From the sequence record PQ349265.1: 64,000 nt of DNA; one strand, 5' to 3'. Position 1 is the stretch's first letter. Each line of letters starts with the position of its first letter. Of this stretch, positions 10,641 through 20,890 are shown piece after piece. The DNA is from Escherichia phage CJY920. The translations under genes and the position numbers were made by a program. The notes under the pieces were generated by a model, which was given only the letters and a program-made list of their open reading frames with translations, had not been told where the DNA came from and ran no database searches.

Positions 10641-10856
10641 ATGAGATTGATTATGAGAACTGAGGTTGTGGTGTTTACTCTTCATGAGTCTGGAAAGTCA
10701 TTCATTGAAATTGCTCGTGAATTGAACTTACAGGCGAAAGAAGTGGCTGTATTATGGGCTCGAGCTATGACTGCTAAGAATAAATTTGAGACTCGAGAAA
10801 AAGTTGTCTATAGAAAAAGACATATTAATAAGAAGGTGAAAAATGGAACAGTATGA
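10641..10856 (+). CDS. hypothetical protein, possible helix-turn-helix
   Basis: 71-aa ORF; SGKSFIEIARELNLQAKEVAVLWARA resembles an HTH; occupies the slot between hoc and rnlB. Confidence 0.4.
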   Translation: MRLIMRTEVVVFTLHESGKSFIEIARELNLQAKEVAVLWARAMTAKNKFETREKVVYRKRHINKKVKNGTV

Positions 10857-11121
10857 TCTTTATGAAAATGAATCTTTTGCTAATCAATTACGCGAAAAAG
10901 CACTTAAAAGCAAACAGTTTAAGCTAGAGTGTTTTATTAAAGATTTTTCGGAACTTGCTAATAAAGCAGCTGAACAAGGTAAAACATATTTTAGTTATTA
11001 TTGCACTGCTCGCGATAAATTGATTACTGAAGAAATTGGTGATTGGCTGAGAAAAGAAGGATTTAGCTTTAAAGTCAATAGTGACCAGCGTGATGGTGAT
11101 TGGTTAGAAATTACATTTTGA
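10843..11121 (+). CDS. hypothetical protein
   Basis: 92-aa ORF with ATG, overlapping the previous stop. Confidence 0.45.
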   Translation: MEQYDLYENESFANQLREKALKSKQFKLECFIKDFSELANKAAEQGKTYFSYYCTARDKLITEEIGDWLRKEGFSFKVNSDQRDGDWLEITF

Positions 11122-11130
11122 GGATTAATT

Positions 11131-12135
11131 ATGTTTAAAAAGTATAGCAGTCTTGAAAATCATTACAATTCTAAATTCATTGAAAAACTTTACAGTTTAG
11201 GATTGACTGGCGGCGAATGGGTAGCTCGTGAAAAGATTCATGGCACAAATTTCTCACTAATTATTGAACGCGATAAAGCAACTTGTGCTAAACGTACTAG
11301 ACCGATTCTTCCTGCTGAAGATTTCTTTGGGTATGAAATTATTCTAAAGAATTACGCTGATTCCATTAAAGCAGTACAAGATATTATGGAAACTTCGGCA
11401 GTTGTATCTTATCAAGTCTTCGGCGAATTCGCTGGACCTGGCATTCAGAAGAATGTCGATTATGGTGATAAAGATTTTTATGTATTTGACATTATTGTTA
11501 CTACAGAAAGTGGTGATGTGACTTATGTCGATGATTATATGATGGAATCATTCTGTAATACATTCAAATTTAAAATGGCTCCACTTTTGGGTCGTGGTAA
11601 ATTTGAAGAACTTATTAAATTGCCAAATGATTTAGATTCTGTCGTCCAGGATTATAATTTTACAGTAGACCATGCTGGATTAGTTGATGCAAATAAATGC
11701 GTTTGGAATGCCGAAGCAAAAGGCGAAGTATTTACTGCTGAAGGATATGTATTGAAACCTTGTTATCCTTCTTGGATGCCTAACGGAAATCGTGTAGCTA
11801 TTAAATGCAAGAACTCTAAATTTAGTGAAAAGAAAAAGTCTGATAAGCCTATTAAAGCTAAAGTTGAGCTGTCAGAAGCTGATAATAAATTGTTGGGAAT
11901 TTTAGCTTGCTACGTTACACTGAACCGAGTAAATAACGTTATTTCTAAAATTGGTGAAATTGGTCCAAAAGATTTTGGAAAGGTGATGGGACTAACTGTT
12001 CAAGATATTTTGGAAGAAACTTCTCGTGAAGGTATTACTCTAACTCAAGCGGATAATCCTTCTTTGGTTAAAAAGGAATTAGTTAAAATGGTACAAGATG
12101 TACTTCGTCCGGCTTGGATTGAATTGGTAAGTTAA
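11131..12135 (+). CDS. rnlB: RNA ligase 2 (RnlB)
   Basis: 334-aa ORF; nucleotidyltransferase motif I EKIHGTN (lysine adenylation site); T4 length. Confidence 0.85.
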   Translation: MFKKYSSLENHYNSKFIEKLYSLGLTGGEWVAREKIHGTNFSLIIERDKATCAKRTRPILPAEDFFGYEIILKNYADSIKAVQDIMETSAVVSYQVFGEFAGPGIQKNVDYGDKDFYVFDIIVTTESGDVTYVDDYMMESFCNTFKFKMAPLLGRGKFEELIKLPNDLDSVVQDYNFTVDHAGLVDANKCVWNAEAKGEVFTAEGYVLKPCYPSWMPNGNRVAIKCKNSKFSEKKKSDKPIKAKVELSEADNKLLGILACYVTLNRVNNVISKIGEIGPKDFGKVMGLTVQDILEETSREGITLTQADNPSLVKKELVKMVQDVLRPAWIELVS

Positions 12136-12141
12136 ATAAAA

Positions 12142-12159
12142 AGGGACCGAAAGGTCCCT
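12142..12159. terminator. bidirectional hairpin terminator between rnlB and gene 24
   Basis: agggaccgaaaggtccct followed by ttgtttt. Confidence 0.6.
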
Positions 12160-12164
12160 TTGTT

Positions 12165-13448
12165 TTATTCATCAACGATAATTTTTGGTAATTTAACACC
12201 TAATAAAACAGACAAATCTGAACGACCCGCCATTTTATCCATGTCTCCACCATCAATTATTCTTGCTTCTTTTTCATCTTTTGCTACAGTGTAAGGATTT
12301 GCAGATAAAGCATATCTAACCAATAAACCGATAGATGGTTGTAAGCTTTCTGGATCAACTACAACTTTAAATGCACCTACATGTTCAGGGTCATCTAAGT
12401 CAAGACCTTCTGTATACGGAGCATAGAAAATTGATCCAACAATTTCTTTTTCGCCAATATTTTCTACCACGCCAACGATTACATAATCTAATGGGCTGTT
12501 AGTATCGCAATAAAGCGGTAAACCATTAGCTAAGAACCCGTAGGCATTTTGTGAAAGATATTTATCATCTTCTGGTTTATGTTTTAACCAACCTGATGCA
12601 GCAAGAATCGCAGCGGCACGAGCTGAAGCAACACAGAACGTTGCTGTATAAGTTGATTCTTTTTGGATATGTGAAACCATTTCACATACCATTCGGTATA
12701 ATGAACGACCAGCTTCAGGTGCAGATGCATAACTCAAATCAATGAAACCGGTATCAGTAATTCCTGTAACTTTATAGCGTTTTGATACTGTAATCAAAGA
12801 CTGTAAAATATCTTTATTGATTTCATCCGCCATTTCAGTTGCAAGCAAATCTTCCAGGAAATTAGGAGCATCGAATCCATTTGCTTCTAAATCTTGTGCT
12901 AATTCAACTGTGATGCCAGTTTTAAGTTTACGAGATTTAACTGCGGTTTGCCATTTATTAATCTGGAATCTAGCATCAGCAATTTCGCTATCAGAGCTTT
13001 CAAATTTGCTTGTTACCGCAGCATCAGAAAATAGACGAACCTTTAAAAGAACAATTGCAATCTGAAGAGCTAATTCTAAATCACTTTCTTCAATGGTAGC
13101 AAATGGTGTATCTTCTAATACTTTATAAACGATATTATTATATTTGAATAAATCGCCTTTATTGAGAGTTAATTTAGACTCTTCTGTTAATTCTGTGATT
13201 TGTTCTCGGTCTACGTATCCAGCTTCGCCAGCGTAAGTAGCACCAGTTTTAAATGTAAATTCGTTATCTGGGTTAAGGTATTTGATACCATAAAAAGCAG
13301 CAACAGGTTGATTAGTTCTTTGCGTTGCTACAATGTCAGAATATATTAATTTAGTTGTAGCGCGAGTCAAAGCAACGAGATTTGGGCGACCGATTGAGTT
13401 GCTATTCGTTGTGGTTGATTCGCGCAGAAGTTCGTTGATTTTAGCCAT
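12165..13448 (-). CDS. 24: head vertex protein gp24
   Basis: 427-aa ORF; paralog-like similarity to gp23; T4 length and synteny. Confidence 0.9.
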   Translation of the reverse strand: MAKINELLRESTTTNSNSIGRPNLVALTRATTKLIYSDIVATQRTNQPVAAFYGIKYLNPDNEFTFKTGATYAGEAGYVDREQITELTEESKLTLNKGDLFKYNNIVYKVLEDTPFATIEESDLELALQIAIVLLKVRLFSDAAVTSKFESSDSEIADARFQINKWQTAVKSRKLKTGITVELAQDLEANGFDAPNFLEDLLATEMADEINKDILQSLITVSKRYKVTGITDTGFIDLSYASAPEAGRSLYRMVCEMVSHIQKESTYTATFCVASARAAAILAASGWLKHKPEDDKYLSQNAYGFLANGLPLYCDTNSPLDYVIVGVVENIGEKEIVGSIFYAPYTEGLDLDDPEHVGAFKVVVDPESLQPSIGLLVRYALSANPYTVAKDEKEARIIDGGDMDKMAGRSDLSVLLGVKLPKIIVDE

Positions 13449-13475
13449 TGTATTTTCCTTGTTGAAATATAATAC

Positions 13476-13483
13476 TATTTATA
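13476..13483 (-). promoter_or_regulatory. late promoter TATAAATA for gene 24
   Basis: tatttata on plus strand, 28 nt upstream of the gene 24 ATG. Confidence 0.5.
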
Positions 13484-13508
13484 AAGTTATTTACAAGACC
13501 AAAGTAAT

Positions 13509-14210
13509 ATGATATTATATTCATATACAAATGGAGTGGTGTTTAAAATGAAATATTTAATATATCAAATTACTAATATCATCAATGGAAAAATTTACAT
13601 CGGAGCTCATGCTACTCTTGACGAAAACGATGGTTATATGGGTTCTGGCGTAAACATCAAAAAATCCATCAAAAAATATGGTATTCATAACTTTAAAAAA
13701 GAAATTCTTTATTCTTTCTCCTCATCTGAGGAGATGTATAAAATGGAAGCTTTACTAGTCAATGAGGAATTCGTTATGAGAACTGATACTTATAATGCTG
13801 CTATTGGTGGTAGAGGAAATCCAGTTATAGTTCATTTGCAAGATCCTTCATATCGTAATATGTTATCAATGCGAACAAAAGAAGGAATGACTGCGGAAGT
13901 TAAACGAAAAATATCAAAGGCAAAAACAGGCGTTAAGCAATCTGATGAAACTATCGCGAAGCGAGTTAAAGGGCGCAATGAATATTATAAAACACATGTT
14001 CATCCACGAAAAAATAAACCTATATCGATTTCACATCGTAAAGCTATTTCTGAAAAACTTAGCGGTATTAAAAAATTTATTCCAATATGTATAAAGGGTG
14101 TCAAATTTGATAATCCTGATTACGCAGCGGAGCATTTTAAAGTTAGTCCTAAAACTATTCGCAATTGGATAAATGCGGATGATATGCCTGATTGCTATCG
14201 TATAAAATAG
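13509..14210 (+). CDS. segD: GIY-YIG homing endonuclease (Seg-like; T4 segD position)
   Basis: GIY-YIG core YLIYQITNIINGKIYIGAH..GYMGSG, NUMOD-like repeats and a C-terminal HTH-like tail; the more likely start is ATG 13548 (GGAG upstream), giving 220 aa. Confidence 0.75.
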   Translation: MILYSYTNGVVFKMKYLIYQITNIINGKIYIGAHATLDENDGYMGSGVNIKKSIKKYGIHNFKKEILYSFSSSEEMYKMEALLVNEEFVMRTDTYNAAIGGRGNPVIVHLQDPSYRNMLSMRTKEGMTAEVKRKISKAKTGVKQSDETIAKRVKGRNEYYKTHVHPRKNKPISISHRKAISEKLSGIKKFIPICIKGVKFDNPDYAAEHFKVSPKTIRNWINADDMPDCYRIK

Positions 14211-14212
14211 AA

Positions 14213-14230
14213 AAAGGGAACCCGAAGGTT
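14213..14230. terminator. bidirectional hairpin terminator between the seg gene and gene 23
   Basis: gggaacccgaaggttccc. Confidence 0.55.
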
Positions 14231-14259
14231 CCCTAAAATTGTGCTTCTATCGTTAGAGA

Positions 14260-15825
14260 TTAGATACCTTTAACATATACACGTCTAAAGTAAGCGTTTT
14301 TACCAAGGCTATTCAGAATAGAAGGCATACCGCTCTGGATGCGAGAAGCCGGAGCCTGAGCAGCGGATTCTGCAAATGGGTTGATACCGATACCGTAACG
14401 AGTTTTGAATCCCATTACTGGTTGGAAGTTCTTCGGATCGGAACCACGCAGCGGAGTCAGAGCTACATATGGAGCATAGTAAATACCAGCATCCATTTCG
14501 TTCGGACCTTTATAACCTACAGTGAAATAATCCTGTTTAGCATACTGGTCGATATATACACGGTATTTACCACCCAGAACACCAGCAAATACTGACTTGG
14601 TAGTATCAGTGTTAAAGCCGGTAGCCAGACCCTGTGCAGCATAAGAAATGCCAGTATCAACTGAAGCCAGAACGTTAACTACGTTACGGGAAGCGATAAT
14701 GAAGTTACCTTCACCACGACCGGTCTGACGAGCAATTTCAACTGCTTCTTTGTCAATCTGGAACAACAGAGCTTTAAAGGATTCACCCGCCCAGCGAGCA
14801 CCACGAATATCAATCGGATCCTGGAAGTCAAATACACCAGCTTTAGAACCTGGAGTCAGGGTCATACCAGATTTACCAACCTGAGCTGAGTAGTTAATCC
14901 AATCAACAACTTCACGGTTGATTTCCAGCATGATTTCGGTAGCCAGAATACCAGACAGTTCAGCATCAGCATCCATACCGTGAACAGCGCGGAGGTCTTG
15001 TGCTAATTCGATAGAGTAAGCAGCTTTCAGCTGGCGAGATTTAGCTTCGATAACTTGTTTATCGATACGGAAGCCCATTTCATTCCATGGGTTATCGGTA
15101 GAACCGTTGAAACCTTCCTGAAGTTCAGCGATAGAAGTAGCCATACCTTCAGCGATTTCTACCAATGCACCAGCTTCCATTTGTTTCTTAATTTCAGCAT
15201 CTAATTTAGCTGCATCAGTTGCGCTTGCACTAATTGTTACTTGAGCAGAAGCCTGCAGATACACAGTACCAGTGTCCTGGAAGAAGTGAGTATAGATATC
15301 ACCTACTGTGGTTTCTGTGCTAGCAGCCAGAGCCGGGAATTTCTTAGCAGCACCCTGACCAGAGAACATTGCATCTGGGCCATACATTGGGTGGAATGCT
15401 TCTTTAGCACCGGAAGCGATTGGGTCTTTACCATATACTGCGCGCAGTGCGAATACCTGGCCAGTCGGGCTGTTCATCGGCTGAACACCGCAAATATCGA
15501 AAGCAATCAGGTTAGGAATAGCACGACGTACCATACCCATAACAGCTGGGCCAATCTGAGTTACTGCGCCAGAAGTCTGACCAGCAGCGATGTTAGTAGC
15601 ATTGTAACCGTGGTCACCACCGATTTCAGCTTCTGTTAAGAAAGAACCGAACGCCTGAGCGATTTTTTCGTCTTTGTACTCTGGAGCTGTCTGGAAATCT
15701 TTTTCCTGGTTTTCAAAGATTTTAGCGATAATCGCTTGTTTGCTATTAGCAATTTCCGGTAAACCTTCACCTTCCAGTAATGGCTTCCATTTGTTCAAAA
15801 GTTCAGCTTTAGTTTTGATAGTCAT
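14260..15825 (-). CDS. 23: major capsid protein gp23
   Basis: 521-aa ORF; sequence is recognisably T4-type gp23; strongly biased codon usage typical of a highly expressed late gene. Confidence 0.95.
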   Translation of the reverse strand: MTIKTKAELLNKWKPLLEGEGLPEIANSKQAIIAKIFENQEKDFQTAPEYKDEKIAQAFGSFLTEAEIGGDHGYNATNIAAGQTSGAVTQIGPAVMGMVRRAIPNLIAFDICGVQPMNSPTGQVFALRAVYGKDPIASGAKEAFHPMYGPDAMFSGQGAAKKFPALAASTETTVGDIYTHFFQDTGTVYLQASAQVTISASATDAAKLDAEIKKQMEAGALVEIAEGMATSIAELQEGFNGSTDNPWNEMGFRIDKQVIEAKSRQLKAAYSIELAQDLRAVHGMDADAELSGILATEIMLEINREVVDWINYSAQVGKSGMTLTPGSKAGVFDFQDPIDIRGARWAGESFKALLFQIDKEAVEIARQTGRGEGNFIIASRNVVNVLASVDTGISYAAQGLATGFNTDTTKSVFAGVLGGKYRVYIDQYAKQDYFTVGYKGPNEMDAGIYYAPYVALTPLRGSDPKNFQPVMGFKTRYGIGINPFAESAAQAPASRIQSGMPSILNSLGKNAYFRRVYVKGI

Positions 15826-15843
15826 TTGTGTTAACCTTTAAAA

Positions 15844-16653
15844 TTAGAAACGAGATGCGACTTTCGCATATACACTTACAATATCTTCTGCACCAGGTGC
15901 AGCTTTATCTTCTACAGCTTCAGTGACGAAATTCAGTCCGGCTGCTTCAGTATCAGGAGTATTTATACCCTCAGTAATAGTGCTTTCATCTTTATTAGAC
16001 TTCTTCACCATTTCTACGATGGCACTCAATTTACTTGAGAATTCATCTGAATAATCCATACCTTCGACCAGAGCAGAGACTTTTTCTTTTTGAGACTCAG
16101 TCAGATCTTTAGTACTTTCGCTCAATGCCACTTCACGCTGCACATAATTGATATATGCGTCACGCTTATTGAGTTCTTCGAACAGACGAGCTGATTCTTC
16201 TTTATGTTCTTGCAGCTCTTCTTCCATTTCAGCTACAACATCAACTGATTCTTCTGGAACAACAACGTTGTGTTCAACAAAGAGCTCTTTTAATCCACCA
16301 AGCATGGATTCAAACAGTTCGGCTTTGATGCCTTTATCAACTGCTAATTTATTTTCGGCGAGCCATTCTTTCGCAAGATGGTCGATGAATTTAGAAGCTT
16401 GCTCAGCGATTTTCTTCTCAGCTTTTTCTTCGGCTTCTTCTTTATTTTTTTCTACTTCTTCTTCTGCTTTTTCAGCAATTTTAGCGATATGAGATTCAGC
16501 TAATTTAACGGCGTGCTGCTTGACGGTAGCTTCGAATACAGTGCCGAAAGTTTCTTTTGCTTCCGGAGAAATATTAACTGATTCGAAAATACTATCAAGA
16601 GCAACGGAAGCATCAATTTTTTGCGCTTCAGCAATCAGTTGTTCTTTAAGCAT
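15844..16653 (-). CDS. 22: prohead core scaffold protein gp22
   Basis: 269-aa ORF, acidic coiled-coil; T4 length and synteny. Confidence 0.85.
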   Translation of the reverse strand: MLKEQLIAEAQKIDASVALDSIFESVNISPEAKETFGTVFEATVKQHAVKLAESHIAKIAEKAEEEVEKNKEEAEEKAEKKIAEQASKFIDHLAKEWLAENKLAVDKGIKAELFESMLGGLKELFVEHNVVVPEESVDVVAEMEEELQEHKEESARLFEELNKRDAYINYVQREVALSESTKDLTESQKEKVSALVEGMDYSDEFSSKLSAIVEMVKKSNKDESTITEGINTPDTEAAGLNFVTEAVEDKAAPGAEDIVSVYAKVASRF

Positions 16654-16680
16654 TTTGTAGTCCTGTTGTTTAGATAATAA

Positions 16681-16688
16681 TATTTATA
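16681..16688 (-). promoter_or_regulatory. late promoter TATAAATA for gene 22
   Basis: tatttata on plus strand, 28 nt upstream of the gene 22 ATG. Confidence 0.5.
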
Positions 16689-17322
16689 ACGCTTTTTTCA
16701 TGGCCTCTGCGAGAGCCATATAGGCGTCATCGGCACTTGTATCGGCTTCCGCCGTCTGTGATTCGGTAATTTCCTTAGGAGTTACCCATGCATCTGGAGC
16801 ACTTGGACCCCATACTGCATCAACACCTACAGTTAATTTAAATCCTTCGTTTACGATACGATAACCTTTATTTGTGTCAGTCAATGAACCTAATCCACGA
16901 GAAGAAACTCCTGGAATCCATCCGGCACGAATATTAGCTGCTAATTTATCTCCAGGACCATGGTCACCTTCAATAACACGAGCTCGTCCGTATACGTCAT
17001 TTCCTTTCCACCACATATCTTCTATAATGATAGCGGCTTGCATCGGGTCAACATTAGCGCGTGGAGGATGATTTAATTCTCCGAGAGCTTGTTTAGTTAA
17101 AACTTGCTCATTGATATAGTCTTTTACCGCTTTTTCTAATATGCGTTTTGGATAAAGACGTTTATTTCTATTGACGACTTCCGCTTGCATGAATATTCCT
17201 TCGATGTATAAACCAGGTTTTAAACCTAGGTCTTTTCCATCGTGAGATTCAAGCATTGGCACGCCATCAATAATTTCGCCAGGTTGACCCCAAGTTTCAA
17301 TTAGTAATTGGGGTTCATTCAT
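16684..17322 (-). CDS. 21: prohead core protease gp21
   Basis: 212-aa ORF; T4 length and synteny. Confidence 0.9.
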   Translation of the reverse strand: MNEPQLLIETWGQPGEIIDGVPMLESHDGKDLGLKPGLYIEGIFMQAEVVNRNKRLYPKRILEKAVKDYINEQVLTKQALGELNHPPRANVDPMQAAIIIEDMWWKGNDVYGRARVIEGDHGPGDKLAANIRAGWIPGVSSRGLGSLTDTNKGYRIVNEGFKLTVGVDAVWGPSAPDAWVTPKEITESQTAEADTSADDAYMALAEAMKKAL

Positions 17323-17747
17323 TAGCTTAATCCTAATGCTTTACGGCGTTTAAGAGCTTTTTTACGCTTACGCTGAGCACGAGATTGACCTGCTGGATTG
17401 GCAATCTTCGTTTTGGTAGCTTTGCGAGCAATTTGTCTACGTTTTGCTTTAGACAGCCCAGTGGTTTGAAATGCATTACGTTCGCGCGTTTTGCGGTCTT
17501 TAGTACGTGTAATTTCACCACGAGCTGAAACATGCTTAACAATGAATTCATTTAACGGCATATTTTCATTAATAGAAGCTAATGCAACTGCTAAATCAGT
17601 TTCATCATCAAGCATATTCTCGACAATTGTATTTATATCGTCTTTATTTAAAGCAGAAGACAATTCGTCAAAGCGACCCTGTGCTTCAGGAATAAGTGCT
17701 TCGACATTCTCGAGAACTAATTCATGAGTTTCAGGGATCAGAAGCAT
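17322..17747 (-). CDS. 68: prohead core protein gp68
   Basis: 141-aa ORF with basic C-terminus; T4 length and synteny. Confidence 0.75.
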
Positions 17748-17988
17748 TATTCATCATCCTCGTCTTCGTCATCTTCGTCAGAGTCTTTGTCTTTTTTGTC
17801 GTCTTTATCATCACTATCTTCGTCATCATCCTCGTCTTCAGGTTCTTCACCTTCGATTAAGAAATTACGAGCGATAGCGATTTTTTCTTCTTTAATTAAA
17901 TCAATCGTTCTTGCAGCCATGGCTTCAGCAAATAATTTACGAGCGGCTACGAGGTCGTTTGATTTAATAGCTTCAATTAAACCTTCCA

Positions 17989-17989
<1 letters not shown>
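17747..17989 (-). CDS. 67: prohead core protein gp67 (acidic Asp/Glu tract)
   Basis: 80-aa ORF ending in a poly-D/E run; T4 length and synteny. Confidence 0.75.
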
Positions 17990-19614
<1,625 letters not shown>

Positions 19615-19646
19615 TTAAGCAGGATGGGGATTTCTCCCCATTCATT

Positions 19647-20138
19647 TTATTCCCAATAATCGAGAGCGAGAGTTACTTCAAAGGTTTGGATTTCATTGTT
19701 TGAATCCCAATCTAATTGAAGTTCACCCACGTTAGTAGGCCACAAGCCTTTAATTTCGACTTCTTTTGTTACAGTTTTAGCGTCACGAGCATATTGGCGA
19801 ACAACAGCGCTCTTTTTATATTCTGCTGGTTTTCCACCAGTAATTTCGTTCCCTTGCCCAGCAGCAATGCTTTGCCAATCAACAAACTTCTGGCGAGCAT
19901 CATGTGCTTCATCGTTCATTACTGTAATAGTCCAGTCATCGAATGTACGATCGCCTGCTACGTTAATTTTACGGTTCATAAATCCGACTGGAATTTTTTC
20001 TACAATACCAGCTGGTAAAGCAGTGGCTTTACATTGAAACGTAAAATTTTGTCCAAGATAAGAAATTTCTACTTGGAATAAGTTAGGTCGAGCAAAATCA
20101 CCAGATTCAAACGCTCGTGTTACATCATCTACAAACAT
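19647..20138 (-). CDS. 19: tail tube protein gp19
   Basis: 163-aa ORF; T4 length and synteny. Confidence 0.9.
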   Translation of the reverse strand: MFVDDVTRAFESGDFARPNLFQVEISYLGQNFTFQCKATALPAGIVEKIPVGFMNRKINVAGDRTFDDWTITVMNDEAHDARQKFVDWQSIAAGQGNEITGGKPAEYKKSAVVRQYARDAKTVTKEVEIKGLWPTNVGELQLDWDSNNEIQTFEVTLALDYWE

Positions 20139-20152
20139 ATTAGCCTCTGTAG

Positions 20153-20219
20153 TATTTATATCCCTATGTTTAACCTAGGGCATATAGAATTAAAGAATTA
20201 AGGATATAGTGTATTTATA
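20153..20219 (-). promoter_or_regulatory. two late promoters (TATAAATA) upstream of gene 19
   Basis: tatttata at 20153-20160 and 20212-20219 on plus strand, in the spacer between gene 19 and the HNH ORF. Confidence 0.45.
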
Positions 20220-20245
20220 TGGCCTGCCGAAACAGGCCTTTAGAA

Positions 20246-20737
20246 TCATTCTAGTAAATCCCAAAGATCTACGCTATTTCTTTTTGACTTTTCTCGGTTA
20301 GATTCCCAAGTGATTATTTCTAAATTTTTTACGCTTGCTATAATTTCCGGCGGAATTAAATTATCAAATCCATATTTGATAGATACTTTATGATCGAGTT
20401 GGTAAGCACCTTCTACACCGCACACTCCTATTTTATCAGCATTCGGCCATTTTGACCAAATTTTTCTTATTTTAGCTGACTTAGTTATAGAATGAACTCT
20501 ACTAGCATATAATGCAAACTCTTTTCTTTTACCAGTCCATCGAGGATGTTTATCGCCTCTTTGCCATGGTCTGCTTATTCCGGATTGAACTTCCGAATTT
20601 TTAATAGCAACTTGTTTAATACTACATTTTCTACATGCATGTGTGGGTGTTCTATTTAAAAGCTGAATGCTTCTACTAAATTTAATACCGCACAAATCAC
20701 ATTTAGCGTCAACTATTTTATTACTATTCTTTGGCAT
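20246..20737 (-). CDS. HNH homing-endonuclease-like protein inserted between genes 18 and 19
   Basis: 163-aa ORF; N-terminal CxxC...CxxC zinc ribbon; HNH core QLDHKVSIKYGFDN...NLEIITWESNREK; T4 has no gene at this junction as far as I recall. Confidence 0.8.
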   Translation of the reverse strand: MPKNSNKIVDAKCDLCGIKFSRSIQLLNRTPTHACRKCSIKQVAIKNSEVQSGISRPWQRGDKHPRWTGKRKEFALYASRVHSITKSAKIRKIWSKWPNADKIGVCGVEGAYQLDHKVSIKYGFDNLIPPEIIASVKNLEIITWESNREKSKRNSVDLWDLLE

Positions 20738-20867
20738 TAATTCTATTGGAACAGATACTGTATCATGTTATGATACTTTATATCCTAGAATTGTCGACCA
20801 CATTTTTGAATGATTTCTTGGTTTTATTGTAACAAACTTAGAAATAATCACTTGTTTCCTCGAGAAT

Positions 20868-20881
20868 AGGGGCCGAAGCCC
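20868..20881 (-). terminator. GC hairpin downstream of gene 18
   Basis: ggggccgaagcccc just 3-prime of the gene 18 stop on the minus strand. Confidence 0.45.
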
Positions 20882-20890
20882 CACAATCAA

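Noticed and set aside
16148-16492. Ser-rich 114-codon plus-strand ORF
   Set aside because: Antisense to prohead scaffold gene 22; compositional artefact of the acidic coiled-coil coding strand.
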